Positions 19,771 to 30,803 of a stretch of DNA of 64,000 nucleotides are shown piece after piece. A program made the position numbers and the translations under genes. The notes under the pieces are model-generated. The model ran no database searches, was not told the DNA's origin, and worked only from the letters and a program-made list of their open reading frames with translations. Positions within the stretch are counted from its first letter, which is position 1, and each line of letters starts with the position of its first letter. Source of the stretch: an uncultured virus (IMG/VR IMGVR_UViG_2660238363_000004) (Duplodnaviria > Heunggongvirae > Uroviricota > Caudoviricetes); IMG/VR virus record IMGVR_UViG_2660238363_000004. One strand, given 5' to 3'.

Positions 19771-20206
19771 TAACGGTATCGCGCTGATTAAGCGATTTGA
19801 GGGTTGCAGGTTAACCGCATATCCCGACCCGGGCACAGGTGGTGATCCCTGGACGATTGGCTACGGCTGGACAGGGAAAGTAGACGGTAAGCCTATCAAG
19901 CCCGGAATGAAGATTGACGACGCGACAGCGGATCGTCTGCTGCGCACTGGCGTGGTGAGCTTTGACCAGGCGGTAAGCAAGATGCTCAAAGTTACCGTTA
20001 CCCAGAACCAGTATGACGCGCTTGTGTCGCTTGCCTACAACATCGGTACGCGAGCGTTATCCACATCAACGCTGATGAAGAAGCTGAATGCAGGTGATGT
20101 GAAAGGCGCTGCTGACGCATTCCTGAGCTGGAACCGGTCAGGCGGCAAGGTAATGCCCGGCCTCACCAATCGGCGCAAGGCAGAGCGAGAAGTCTTTTTA
20201 TCGTGA
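19757..20206 (+). CDS. Endolysin, GH24 lysozyme
   Basis: FEGCRLTAYPD...WTIGYG...QNQYDALVSLAYNIG...GLTNRRKAE. Confidence 0.95.
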   Translation: MQISNNGIALIKRFEGCRLTAYPDPGTGGDPWTIGYGWTGKVDGKPIKPGMKIDDATADRLLRTGVVSFDQAVSKMLKVTVTQNQYDALVSLAYNIGTRALSTSTLMKKLNAGDVKGAADAFLSWNRSGGKVMPGLTNRRKAEREVFLS

Positions 20207-20219
20207 ATACGGGGAACCT

Positions 20220-20396
20220 ATGAACTATCTCATCAACCGGCTGAAAGAGCCGTCAACCTGGCGCGGCATCATCATGGTCATTGCTGGCGTATTTGGCTAC
20301 CAGATGCCTCCCGGCATTCAGGAAACCGTCATCGCTGGCGGCGTAGCGCTGGCTGGTGTTGTTGGCGCGGTGATGCCGGACAGCGTTAAGAAATGA
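20220..20396 (+). CDS. 58-aa membrane protein at the spanin position
   Basis: Hand translation MNYLINRLKEPSTWRGIIMVIAGVFGYQMPPGIQETVIAGGVALAGVVGAVMPDSVKK; GGGGA RBS. Confidence 0.7.
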   Translation: MNYLINRLKEPSTWRGIIMVIAGVFGYQMPPGIQETVIAGGVALAGVVGAVMPDSVKK

Positions 20397-20464
20397 TCGC
20401 GCGATAAGGCATTACAGAGCCACTTCCAGAGGTGGCTCGATAATGTCACAACGAGGTAAGCCAT

Positions 20465-20608
20465 ATGCGCACTACTGGAATCCTAATGGCGGAAATTACG
20501 CTTCGCCCATACATGAAGCCGCTGCTCATCCTTTCAGTGCTTTTGCGCTGGGGCTGGCTCACTAAGAAGTGTATCCGGATTAGCCCTGCAATTGGCAAGC
20601 GGGTGTAA
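20465..20608 (+). CDS. 47-aa basic hydrophobic peptide
   Basis: GAGGT RBS; MRTTGILMAEITLRPYMKPLLILSVLLRWGWLTKKCIRISPAIGKRV. Confidence 0.5.
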   Translation: MRTTGILMAEITLRPYMKPLLILSVLLRWGWLTKKCIRISPAIGKRV

Positions 20609-20729
20609 TTATAAAGTTCTGCAAATGGTGTCTGAAAAGCGCCATTGACAGAGTTTTATATAAGTTTATTGATGCCTCGGTGTCGAAATTACCGAGCAAG
20701 TATCTTCGGTGGCCAGAGGATTGTTCTGC

Positions 20730-21365
20730 ATGACTGAAAATGAAAATCGCAGACCATTCCCTCCCGTCAACTTCACTGGCGAAAACTGGCTGCCTTATAC
20801 CCGGCTGATCCCTGCCACCGAAATCGGCGAATGGGTAAATCAGAACATCCTCTCCGAAGAGGGCCAAATCCATAACCCTGACCATACGCACTTGGTCGAC
20901 GCTGATGTCGCGTTCATGTGGGCTTCTGGCTCATTCGCCAAAAGCGGGCGCATTGTGCTGGGCCAGTGTGAGCAGGTAATGATGCGAGCAGGAGGTTGGC
21001 AGAAGTCCCGCATGGAACAGCAGATGCATGAATGGTTCGGTCATATACCGAAGTTCATCATCACCCTGGCTGCTGACCACTGCGAGCAATGTAACGATCT
21101 GGAGTTCTGCGCACTGGTTGAGCATGAGCTTTACCACATCGCCCAGGCTACCGATGACTATGGCGCGCCGAAGTTCAACAAAGAGACCGGAATGCCGGTG
21201 CTCAAACTTCGCGGCCATGACGTCGAGGAATTCGTCGGAGTGGTCCGGCGTTACGGCGCCAGCAAAGACGTGCAGGAAATGGTGGATGCGGCTAACAGGC
21301 CGGCGGAGGTTGCTCATATCGATGTTGCCAGAGCTTGCGGGACATGCATGCTGAAGCTGGCGTGA
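20730..21365 (+). CDS. Putative phage metallopeptidase
   Basis: LVEHELYH (HExxH) and GHDVEEF motifs. Confidence 0.8.
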   Translation: MTENENRRPFPPVNFTGENWLPYTRLIPATEIGEWVNQNILSEEGQIHNPDHTHLVDADVAFMWASGSFAKSGRIVLGQCEQVMMRAGGWQKSRMEQQMHEWFGHIPKFIITLAADHCEQCNDLEFCALVEHELYHIAQATDDYGAPKFNKETGMPVLKLRGHDVEEFVGVVRRYGASKDVQEMVDAANRPAEVAHIDVARACGTCMLKLA

Positions 21366-21395
21366 TTTTATACTGCTTTATACGGACGGTGGGTT

Positions 21396-21881
21396 ATGGC
21401 TGCACTAAAACCAGAAGTGAGAGCCTTTATCGTTCAAGAGCTCGCTTGCTTTGATACGCCATCCCAAATCGTCGAGTCTGTACAAAAAGAGTTCAAGGTT
21501 CAGGTGACGCGCCAGCAGGTGGCATCTCATGACCCGACAAAGGTGGCAGGGAAAGGTTTGGCTCAAAAATGGGTCGACCTCTTCAACCGAACCCGAGACC
21601 GCTTCCTCAACGAAATATCCGACATCCCGATCGCCAACAAGGCCTATCGCCTACGCGTCCTGCAGCGAATGTCTACGACTGCCGAAGGTATGAAAAACCT
21701 CGGCATGACAGCTCAGTTACTGGAGCAGGCGGCAAAAGAGGTTGGCGATGCCTACAGCAACAAGCAAAAGGTCGAGCTGACCGGTAAAGACGGCGGCCCG
21801 CTGAATCAGGTGACGTACACCGCTGAAGACTATGCGAAGGCCCAGCAGAAGCTGGAGGGAAGGTTAGAAGGGCTGGACTGA
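21396..21881 (+). CDS. terS: Terminase small subunit (DUF2280-like)
   Basis: LACFDTPSQ...IPIANKAYRL...ELTGKDGGP; precedes terL. Confidence 0.85.
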   Translation: MAALKPEVRAFIVQELACFDTPSQIVESVQKEFKVQVTRQQVASHDPTKVAGKGLAQKWVDLFNRTRDRFLNEISDIPIANKAYRLRVLQRMSTTAEGMKNLGMTAQLLEQAAKEVGDAYSNKQKVELTGKDGGPLNQVTYTAEDYAKAQQKLEGRLEGLD

Positions 21882-21882
21882 T

Positions 21883-23559
21883 ATGAGCGGAATTATCGAA
21901 TGGGATGACCTGTCATTCCCGGAGCGCGTGATCATCCGTTCAAAGTCCACGAAGTCATTCCTGAACTTTACCCGGATATGGTTCGAGCTGATTCAGGGTG
22001 ATCGGCTGCTGGTTAACTGGCATCACCGCCTGATGGCTTCGAAAATTGATGATCTGCTTGCCGGGCGCCTTGTCCCGCGAAACCTGATTATCAACATCCC
22101 GCCCGGCGGTACAAAAACAGAGTTCTTCTCCATCCACTTCCCGGCGTATGTCAACGCCCTGGTGCAGGAGAAGCGGCTTAAACGCTTTCGCAACCTGAAT
22201 ATCTCTTTTGCTGACACGCTGGTAAAGCGTAACAGCCGGCGCACCCGCGACATTATCGCCAGCCGTGAATATCAGGAGTTCTGGCCCTGCTCGTTTGGTG
22301 TCAACCAGGCAGAAGAGTGGGAGATAAAGGACGAGCGAGGACGCTCTATAGGTCAGACGGTATCGCGCTCAAGCAACGGTCAGATCACCGGTGGTCGTGG
22401 TGGATACTACGGACCAGAGTTCTCCGGCATGGTGATGCTGGACGACTACAACAAGCCGGTGGACATGCTCAGCGAGTCCCGACGCAAAAGCGCGAATACG
22501 CTGCTGGTAAACACCATCCGCTCACGTCGCGGCGATAAGTCGAAAGAGCACCCGACGCCATTTGTAAGCATTCAGCAGCGCCTGCACACCGACGATGCAA
22601 CGGGCTTCATGCTTGCCGGCGGAATGGGCGTGCCGTTTCACCATGTCGCCATACCAGCCATGATCGACGAGAAGTACATCCAGTCGCTCGATGAGCCATG
22701 GCGTTCGCTTTGCTGGGAAACGGTCAAAGATACCGATTCTGTGGTCGTTGGTGGCGTTCGCTACTGGTCCTACTGGCCGCAGATGGAAGACGTTAACGAC
22801 CTCCTGCAGCTGTGGGAAAAGGATCGCTATACCTTCCTGTCGCAATACCAGCAAAACCCGATGGCGCTGACTGGCGGGATCATCGACACCAGCTGGTTCA
22901 GAACGTACACCACCCTGCCGAAACTTACGCACCGTGCCGTGTATGTCGATACGAACAGCGGGAAGGTAGAGGACTGGCTGGATTACACCGTGTTTACGCT
23001 GGCTGGCATGGGCGTGGACGGGAATCTGTACATCATCGACGTCGTTCGCGGCCGGTGGGACCCGGAAGACCTCCTGAAGAAAGCGGAAGAGGTTTGGGAA
23101 AAGTGGCGCCTCTCTGGCTCCATGCGGGTTATGCCGCTGCGTCATATGGCCATTGAAGAGAAGCAAGCCGGACAGGGCCTCATCACCACGCTGAAAAAAC
23201 GTAGCCAGACCCCAGGACAACTCGCCATCCCGGTGAGGGAAATCCCGCGCGGCACCGGGCAGAACAAGCTTGTTCGCTGCCTTAACGTCATCCCCCAAAT
23301 CAAAACCGGGAAAGTGTTTGTCCCCGCGACGCACACCGACGACGGACAGAAGCTTTCCAGCATCTTCTACGAGGACGGCACGATCGCAGGCTCAACGGAG
23401 TGGGTTCTGACGGCGATGACGGAATGCGCTGCTTTCTCCGCTGATGACAGTCACGACAACGACGACATCCTCGATACCTGGATGGACGCAATCGACGACA
23501 ACCTGATTTCCGGCCCGCAGCCGATGGTTATCGACCCGAATCAACTCAGGAGAATTTAA
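21883..23559 (+). CDS. terL: Terminase large subunit
   Basis: INIPPGGTKT Walker A, MLDD Walker B, QQRLH, YQQNP, nuclease YVDT...HDNDDILD. Confidence 0.92.
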   Translation: MSGIIEWDDLSFPERVIIRSKSTKSFLNFTRIWFELIQGDRLLVNWHHRLMASKIDDLLAGRLVPRNLIINIPPGGTKTEFFSIHFPAYVNALVQEKRLKRFRNLNISFADTLVKRNSRRTRDIIASREYQEFWPCSFGVNQAEEWEIKDERGRSIGQTVSRSSNGQITGGRGGYYGPEFSGMVMLDDYNKPVDMLSESRRKSANTLLVNTIRSRRGDKSKEHPTPFVSIQQRLHTDDATGFMLAGGMGVPFHHVAIPAMIDEKYIQSLDEPWRSLCWETVKDTDSVVVGGVRYWSYWPQMEDVNDLLQLWEKDRYTFLSQYQQNPMALTGGIIDTSWFRTYTTLPKLTHRAVYVDTNSGKVEDWLDYTVFTLAGMGVDGNLYIIDVVRGRWDPEDLLKKAEEVWEKWRLSGSMRVMPLRHMAIEEKQAGQGLITTLKKRSQTPGQLAIPVREIPRGTGQNKLVRCLNVIPQIKTGKVFVPATHTDDGQKLSSIFYEDGTIAGSTEWVLTAMTECAAFSADDSHDNDDILDTWMDAIDDNLISGPQPMVIDPNQLRRI

Positions 23560-25080
23560 GTGTGGTGGTTTAAAAAGAAAGAAGTCGCCGCGCCTGAGCC
23601 GGCAAAAGAACCGGAAGCCCCGAAGGTCGGGATCAGGCCAGAGGCCGTGGCCGAAGTCCACGCATTACCGAAAAGAAAGTTTCAGCGCTACGAACCGCCG
23701 AAAGGGGTGATCCCCGAGGCTATCAAAAGCGCCGTTCTGGCAATGGACTCCACGCCTTACGATGACCTCAATGCTGCATATGGCGGTTACGGCTACGGCG
23801 ACTTTGATAGCTTTCCCGGCTACCCGTATCTGTCCACGCTGGCGCAGAAGCCTGAATATCGCAAGATGGTCGGCACCATCGCGGAGGAAATGACCCGCAA
23901 ATGGATAAAGCTCAAAACTGTCGGCGATGAAGACAAGGCGGATCGGGTAAAGCAACTCGAAGAGGCCATGAAGCGGTTTAAGGTTCGCGAGCGCTTTAAA
24001 GAAGCCGCAGAGCATGACGGCTACTTTGGCGGTGGACAGATTTACATCGACGTTCGTTCGCCGCGGGGAATCTCCGCATGGATGGACGACAACGAGCTGC
24101 AATCGAAGCTCTTCATGAGCGACAAGAAAATCACGAAAGGCAGCCTGCAGGGGTTCAGGGTCATCGAGCCTATCTGGACCTATCCGGGGATTTATAACTC
24201 CGACAACCCGCTGAGCCCGGATTTCTACAAGCCGACTCAGTGGTTTGTCATGGGCCGGACCGTACATGCAAGCCGGATGATTGATTTCGTCTCGCGGCAG
24301 GTGCCTGATCTGCTGAAAGCATCGTATAACTTCCGCGGCCTGTCTCTCTCGCAGATTGCCGAGCCATACGTCAATAACTGGCTTCGCACCCGCGACAGCG
24401 TCAGCGACATGATTCACTCGTTCTCAGTTCCGGTAATCGGAACAAATATGAGCACGATTCTACAGGGTGGTGCGGCAGATGGCCTTCTGGCAAGGCTTGA
24501 TGTCTTTAACCGATGCCGCGATAACCGTGGCGCATTCGCAAAAGACAACAACCCTACCCAGCCAGAAACGGTTGAGTTCGTTAACGCTCCGCTTAACGGT
24601 CTGGATGCCCTGCAGGCCCAATCGCAGGAGCAGATGTCAGCAGTATCGAGCATCCCGCTGGTCAAACTATTGGGCATTACGCCCAACGGTCTCAATGCAT
24701 CGTCTGACGGCGAAATCCGCGTTTTCTACGATTACATTCACGCCCTGCAGCAGTCTGTTTTCAAAGACAACCTGAAGCGTGTGATGGACATCATTCAGCT
24801 CTCTGAGTTTGGCGACATTGATGATGGGATCACCTTCGACTTTGAGCCGCTGTACGAGATGAGCGCTAAAGAGCGGGCGGAAATCCGCAAAGTAGACGCG
24901 GACACTGACGCTGTCTATGTGGCTGCCAGCGTACTTTCAGGCAACGAAGTCCGCGAAAAAATCGCCGGTGACCCGGACTCGCCCTATCACTCTCTGGACC
25001 TGAATGATGACCTCGAAATCGAAGACGACTACGACGAAGAGGAAGAAACAGACCCTGACGATAAGGGCGGTTCATCCTAA
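23560..25080 (+). CDS. Portal protein (DUF1073-like)
   Basis: Follows terL; VHASR and IPLVKLLGITP.GLNASSDGE motifs. Confidence 0.85.
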   Translation: MWWFKKKEVAAPEPAKEPEAPKVGIRPEAVAEVHALPKRKFQRYEPPKGVIPEAIKSAVLAMDSTPYDDLNAAYGGYGYGDFDSFPGYPYLSTLAQKPEYRKMVGTIAEEMTRKWIKLKTVGDEDKADRVKQLEEAMKRFKVRERFKEAAEHDGYFGGGQIYIDVRSPRGISAWMDDNELQSKLFMSDKKITKGSLQGFRVIEPIWTYPGIYNSDNPLSPDFYKPTQWFVMGRTVHASRMIDFVSRQVPDLLKASYNFRGLSLSQIAEPYVNNWLRTRDSVSDMIHSFSVPVIGTNMSTILQGGAADGLLARLDVFNRCRDNRGAFAKDNNPTQPETVEFVNAPLNGLDALQAQSQEQMSAVSSIPLVKLLGITPNGLNASSDGEIRVFYDYIHALQQSVFKDNLKRVMDIIQLSEFGDIDDGITFDFEPLYEMSAKERAEIRKVDADTDAVYVAASVLSGNEVREKIAGDPDSPYHSLDLNDDLEIEDDYDEEEETDPDDKGGSS

Positions 25081-25840
25081 CGCTGGCGTCGAAGCATGGT
25101 ACCGCCGACAGCTTGATAAGCAGGTGCAGGAAATGCAGGCATCTGTTGTCTACTGGCTGTCGGCAAACTATCGGGCCAGCGGCGCGGCTGTCGCCATGGA
25201 TGCATCACCTGCAGTGATGATGCGGAATGCCATGCAGAAACTGGCAAAGCGCTGGACGCGGCGGTTTGATGACATGGCGCAAAAGCTGGCCGACAGGTTC
25301 GCTAACGACGCCATGAAAAACGCGGATGCTTCACTGGCCACAGCCTTCAAAGACGCGGGGTTTACTGTCGAGTTCAAGATGACCTCGCAGATGAATAACG
25401 CTCTTCAGGCGACCATCGCCGAGAATGTCGGCCTTATCCGATCCATCCCCGAGAAGTATTTCACCGAGGTGGAAGGGCTGGTTATGCGGTCGGTAGCGCG
25501 TGGGCGCGACCTGTCCTATCTCACCGATGAACTCCAGAAGCGATATGGGATTACTCGAAACCGTGCGGCGTTCATAGCGCTTGATCAAAATAACAAAGCC
25601 ACCTCGGTATTGCAGATAGCAAGGCAGCGCTCCCTTGGCATCGTCGAAGGTGAATGGGAACACTCCGGAGCGGGTAAAGAGCCAAGGCCGGGACATGTAG
25701 CTGCAGGAAAACGAAAACAGCGATTTCGGCTTGATAAAGGGTGCTATATCGATGGTGAGTGGATATTCCCCGGGCAAAAGCCAAGGTGCAAATGTACGCA
25801 TAGGATAGTGATCCCTAATGCGTTCTTGCCCGCAAAGTAA
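25004..25840 (+). CDS. Head morphogenesis protein (Mu F / SPP1 gp7-like)
   Basis: ENVGLIRSIP...RAAFIALDQNNKA...PG..PRCKC. Confidence 0.85.
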   Translation: MMTSKSKTTTTKRKKQTLTIRAVHPNAGVEAWYRRQLDKQVQEMQASVVYWLSANYRASGAAVAMDASPAVMMRNAMQKLAKRWTRRFDDMAQKLADRFANDAMKNADASLATAFKDAGFTVEFKMTSQMNNALQATIAENVGLIRSIPEKYFTEVEGLVMRSVARGRDLSYLTDELQKRYGITRNRAAFIALDQNNKATSVLQIARQRSLGIVEGEWEHSGAGKEPRPGHVAAGKRKQRFRLDKGCYIDGEWIFPGQKPRCKCTHRIVIPNAFLPAK

Positions 25841-25871
25841 ATAAGCAGCTCATTGTATAAATTTGGGATAG

Positions 25872-27044
<1,173 letters not shown>

Positions 27045-27045
27045 C

Positions 27046-27528
27046 ATGGCAGGTTTTCAGACACGAATTAACCAGTATCCGGCCCCCGGCGTCGAAGGGG
27101 CCTTTGCTGGCACCAACCCTCACGCGACCTATCAGGCTGGCGAGGGCGCCCTGGTTGCTGGCGAGGATGGCCTGACTGTCGGCCGCTTCGCCTGGGACGT
27201 TGACGGTGTGGCTTCCAATGCCGGTAGCGGTGTTCCGTCTGGCTTTGTCCATCGTGATGGTCAGGCCTCGATCACCGTTTGGCTGGGTCAGGCATCCATG
27301 CTTATCCAGCCCGGCCGCGAAATCACCCTGATGGTAGCCGGTGACTTCTGGGCCAAAACGTCAACCGCTGCCACCCGCGGGCAGAAGGTTTTTGCATCCT
27401 TGACCACCGGTGAGGTGCAAGTCGCCGCAGCCGGCGCAACCGTGGCCGGTTTTATCGAGACTGCATTCTATGCCGCAAGCGATTGTGACGCTGGCGAGCT
27501 GGTCAAAATCAGCACCTGGAGCAAGTAA
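27046..27528 (+). CDS. Capsid cement/decoration protein
   Basis: Lies between protease and capsid genes; Ala/Gly-rich. Confidence 0.7.
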   Translation: MAGFQTRINQYPAPGVEGAFAGTNPHATYQAGEGALVAGEDGLTVGRFAWDVDGVASNAGSGVPSGFVHRDGQASITVWLGQASMLIQPGREITLMVAGDFWAKTSTAATRGQKVFASLTTGEVQVAAAGATVAGFIETAFYAASDCDAGELVKISTWSK

Positions 27529-28565
27529 TGAACGAATTTCAGCGACACTACGCCGCAGCCAGCGGGAAATATGGCATTGTGCTGCCCGGCGCGAAGGACT
27601 ACCTGAAGCCGGAGTTTGCGGAGAATTTCGCGCTGGCGATGGATGCCCAGCCGCAAATGGTTACTGCAAATAACGCCGGTATCCCGGCCTACTTCACGAA
27701 CTATGTCGATCCGGAACTTATCCGCGTTCTCGTAACGCCGATGAAGGCCGCCGAGATTATCGGTGAAGTGAAAAAAGGCGACTGGACGACGCTGACCTCG
27801 CAGTTCCCGATCGTCGAGTCGACTGGTGAAACCAGCGCTTACGGCGACTTCAACAACAACGGCATGACGTCCGCCAACGTCAACTGGGTACCGCGCCAGT
27901 CGTTCCATTATCAGACTCACACCCGCTGGGGTGAGCGCGAGCTGGACATGTACGGCGCCGGGCGTATCGGCTATGCCGCCGAGCTTAACGTGGCCTCTGC
28001 GCTTGTGCTGAACAAATTCCAGAACAAGTCCTACTTCTACGGCATCGCCGGGCTGGAAAACTATGGTCTGCTCAACGATCCGTCTCTGAGCGCTCCGGTG
28101 ACGCCGGCGGCGACTGGTTCCGGCGGTAGCGTTACCTGGGCAACCAAAGACGGGCAAGCCGTATATGACGACATCTCCGGTCGTCTCTATAAGCAACTGG
28201 TCTCTCAGACCAAAGGCCTCGTAGAGCGTACCGATCGCATGGTGCTCGGTATGTCGCCGGAAATGGAAGTCAACCTGACCAAGACGAACCAGTACAACGT
28301 GAACGTCACCGATCAGCTGAAGAAAAACTTCCCGAACATGCGTATCGAAACCGCTGTTGAATACAGCACCGACGCGGGCGAGCTTGTGCAGCTGATTGTT
28401 GAGCGTCTGGGTGAGCAGGACACCGCTTACGCAGCGTTCACCGAGAAGATGCGCGCCCACGCTGTCGTGGTGGAAGAGTCTTCCTGGCGGCAGAAAAAAT
28501 CCGGTGGCACCTGGGGTGCAATCATTCGTCAACCGCTGGGCATTGCCAGCATGATCGGGGTGTAA
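27528..28565 (+). CDS. Major capsid protein (DUF2184-like)
   Basis: 345 aa; YGLLNDP and [11 protein letters not shown] motifs; position. Confidence 0.85.
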   Translation: MNEFQRHYAAASGKYGIVLPGAKDYLKPEFAENFALAMDAQPQMVTANNAGIPAYFTNYVDPELIRVLVTPMKAAEIIGEVKKGDWTTLTSQFPIVESTGETSAYGDFNNNGMTSANVNWVPRQSFHYQTHTRWGERELDMYGAGRIGYAAELNVASALVLNKFQNKSYFYGIAGLENYGLLNDPSLSAPVTPAATGSGGSVTWATKDGQAVYDDISGRLYKQLVSQTKGLVERTDRMVLGMSPEMEVNLTKTNQYNVNVTDQLKKNFPNMRIETAVEYSTDAGELVQLIVERLGEQDTAYAAFTEKMRAHAVVVEESSWRQKKSGGTWGAIIRQPLGIASMIGV

Positions 28566-28566
28566 C

Positions 28567-28893
28567 ATGGCCGAAACAGTAACAGTAGGATGCAAACTGC
28601 CGAACGGCCTGATCCTGGAGCAGGGCGCGTACAAAGTGGAGCTTAACGGCTCCAACTCCTCTCTCGTTGTCGGCGGCTACGGCCTGACCGAAAACGTGGA
28701 CAAGGAAGCCTTTGAGGCGTGGCTGGCAGTACATGCTGATCAGCCATACGTTCGCAAAGAGCTGGTATTTGCCCAGGCGAAAACCAGCAGCGCTCAGGCG
28801 AAAGCGAATGAAAACGCTTCGGAGAAAACTGGTCTGGAAGGTCTGGATCAGAACAACCCGGCCCCGGGCATTGAGAAGGCGGACAAAAAATAA
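28567..28893 (+). CDS. Virion-associated hypothetical protein
   Basis: [11 protein letters not shown]; follows capsid gene. Confidence 0.6.
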   Translation: MAETVTVGCKLPNGLILEQGAYKVELNGSNSSLVVGGYGLTENVDKEAFEAWLAVHADQPYVRKELVFAQAKTSSAQAKANENASEKTGLEGLDQNNPAPGIEKADKK

Positions 28894-29336
28894 TGGCGAT
28901 CGTTGTCTTTGATGTTGCCGCATTTCGTGAGCGTTATCCGGAGTTCGATGCCGTAAGTGAAACGCTGCTTAATGCGTACTTCACGGAGGCAACGATTTAC
29001 CTGAATAACACGGACAGCAGCCCGGTAAAAGATATCTCTATCCGGGCTCTTTTCCTGAACATGCTGGTTGCGCACATTGCGGCGCTGAATTCAGGCGTAA
29101 ACGGCGAAAAGGCTTCTGGTCTGGTTGGCCGCGTGGCAAGCGCATCTGAGGGGTCAGTGTCAGTATCAGCTGACGCAGGCCCCTCAAGCGAAAGCTCCTG
29201 GTGGTATAAGCAGACTACTTACGGGTCAGCTTACTGGGAGGCCACGAAGCCTTACAGGACAGGTTTTTATGTCCCTGGCTCATCCCCTTCGATGTACCCT
29301 GGCCATTATAACCGCCGTTCTTTCATCCGGAGGTAG
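28893..29336 (+). CDS. Head-tail adaptor (DUF4054-like)
   Basis: FRERYPEF...EGSVSVS...QTTYG..YW. Confidence 0.8.
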   Translation: MAIVVFDVAAFRERYPEFDAVSETLLNAYFTEATIYLNNTDSSPVKDISIRALFLNMLVAHIAALNSGVNGEKASGLVGRVASASEGSVSVSADAGPSSESSWWYKQTTYGSAYWEATKPYRTGFYVPGSSPSMYPGHYNRRSFIRR

Positions 29337-29338
29337 CT

Positions 29339-29902
29339 ATGGATGGAATGTCAGGCGGCGATAAGCTGATGGAGCACCTGCAGTCTATCGCAAAGGGGCT
29401 GTCCTCTGGCGATGATTTGAAGGTGGGCTTCCTTGAGGGGGCTAAGTACCCCGACGGGACGCCGGTAGCACTTGTGGCAGCCACCAACGAATTTGGCGGC
29501 ACTGTAAAAATCCCGGCGCATACCCGGGATTTGAACTTTTACGTTCGCCGTGACGGCGTTTCGCGCTTCGCAAAGCCATCAAAGGCCAATTTCGCGCAGT
29601 CAGTAATGATACCCGAGCATATCGTTACGATCCCATCCAGGCCGTACTTCAGGAAGACCATTTCTGAACATGGTCCGGAGTGGGGCGGAGAGCTCGGGAA
29701 GCTCATGAAGGCAAACGATTTTGACGCCCGCAAGAGCCTGGCGCTGATGGGGGAGCGGATCAAGGGGCAGATTCAGTCGTCAATCATCGCCTTTTCTGAA
29801 CCGCCGAACGCAAAAAGCACGGTCGACAAAAAAGGGTTTAATGACCCGTTAATCGACTCGGCCCACATGCTGAACTCGGTCGACTACGAGGTGAAAGAAT
29901 GA
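29339..29902 (+). CDS. Neck/tail completion protein
   Basis: NEFG...IPSRPYFR...PLIDSAHMLNSV. Confidence 0.7.
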   Translation: MDGMSGGDKLMEHLQSIAKGLSSGDDLKVGFLEGAKYPDGTPVALVAATNEFGGTVKIPAHTRDLNFYVRRDGVSRFAKPSKANFAQSVMIPEHIVTIPSRPYFRKTISEHGPEWGGELGKLMKANDFDARKSLALMGERIKGQIQSSIIAFSEPPNAKSTVDKKGFNDPLIDSAHMLNSVDYEVKE

Positions 29903-30267
29903 ATCTTCATTCTATAGTGCGAAACGCCATTAGCGCGGTTAATCCTCGCGTCGAGGCGCAGATTTACCGCTCGATCGGCCCAACCAAAAATCCGGATTAC
30001 TCGACCTCTCCGGGATTCGCGCCGCCGGTAACGATGATGGTGCAAAAGCAGGCGCTGAGTCAGGCTGATATCAGGCACATGGATAACATGAATATCCAGG
30101 GTGTGCTGGTTAGTATCTGGACGGATGGCAACTGGTGCGGGATTAACAGGGAGCGGCAGCAGGGCGGCGATAAGTTCGTTATCGGCAATGAAACGTGGCT
30201 GGTTGTGGATGTGCCTGAAATCTGGCCGGACTGGACGAGGGTTATCGCATGTCAACAATTGACGTAG
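29899..30267 (+). CDS. Head closure/neck protein
   Basis: Position in neck module. Confidence 0.6.
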   Translation: MNLHSIVRNAISAVNPRVEAQIYRSIGPTKNPDYSTSPGFAPPVTMMVQKQALSQADIRHMDNMNIQGVLVSIWTDGNWCGINRERQQGGDKFVIGNETWLVVDVPEIWPDWTRVIACQQLT

Positions 30268-30800
30268 GCCTGCAGGTCACTGAAAGCGATCTGTTTAAGG
30301 CGACTGGCGATTTCCTTTCTGTCCTCTTCCCGGAGGCAGAGATCACGCAGACTCAGCAAAATCAGACCCCCATGCCGAAAGGCGGCTTCATTACTATGAC
30401 GCCGCTTTTTCTGACGGACCTCTCAACCAGTGCTGTCAATTACGAGTATGACGGCGTTAGCGATTACGGGCGGGCAGAACTTCGCCGCGTTGATGAATGG
30501 CAATGTCAGCTCGATTTCTACGGAGATCAGGCGCAAAACAATGCCACCATCTTTTCGCGCATCGCCCGCTCCGAATTCGCATGCACCTGGTTCAGGGAAA
30601 ACGCAAATATCCTGGTGCCGCTATATTCCGGCCCCCCGCGGCAAACCTCGATGATCAACGGCGAGAAACAGTGGGAATCCCGCTGGACGCTTGAATTCCA
30701 CGCAAACCCGCTGATTGTCGTCAGCGTTCCTCAGCAGTTTATGACAGGCGCAGATGTGATATCGCAGCCGGTCGACGTGAGATTTCCTCCGGAGAAATAA
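30249..30800 (+). CDS. Tail terminator protein
   Basis: Precedes sheath gene; QLDFYG motif. Confidence 0.65.
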   Translation: MSTIDVGLQVTESDLFKATGDFLSVLFPEAEITQTQQNQTPMPKGGFITMTPLFLTDLSTSAVNYEYDGVSDYGRAELRRVDEWQCQLDFYGDQAQNNATIFSRIARSEFACTWFRENANILVPLYSGPPRQTSMINGEKQWESRWTLEFHANPLIVVSVPQQFMTGADVISQPVDVRFPPEK

Positions 30801-30803
30801 TAA

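Noticed and set aside
23560..25080. Anti-CBASS Acb1 call sometimes attached to DUF1073
   Set aside because: Size and position after terL indicate a portal protein; no paired HxT/S phosphoesterase motifs were recognised.
27468..28655. Long antisense ORFs (also 5784..6896, 22522..23334, 30731..31510, 43270..43998)
   Set aside because: They shadow well-supported genes on the opposite strand and show no motifs.
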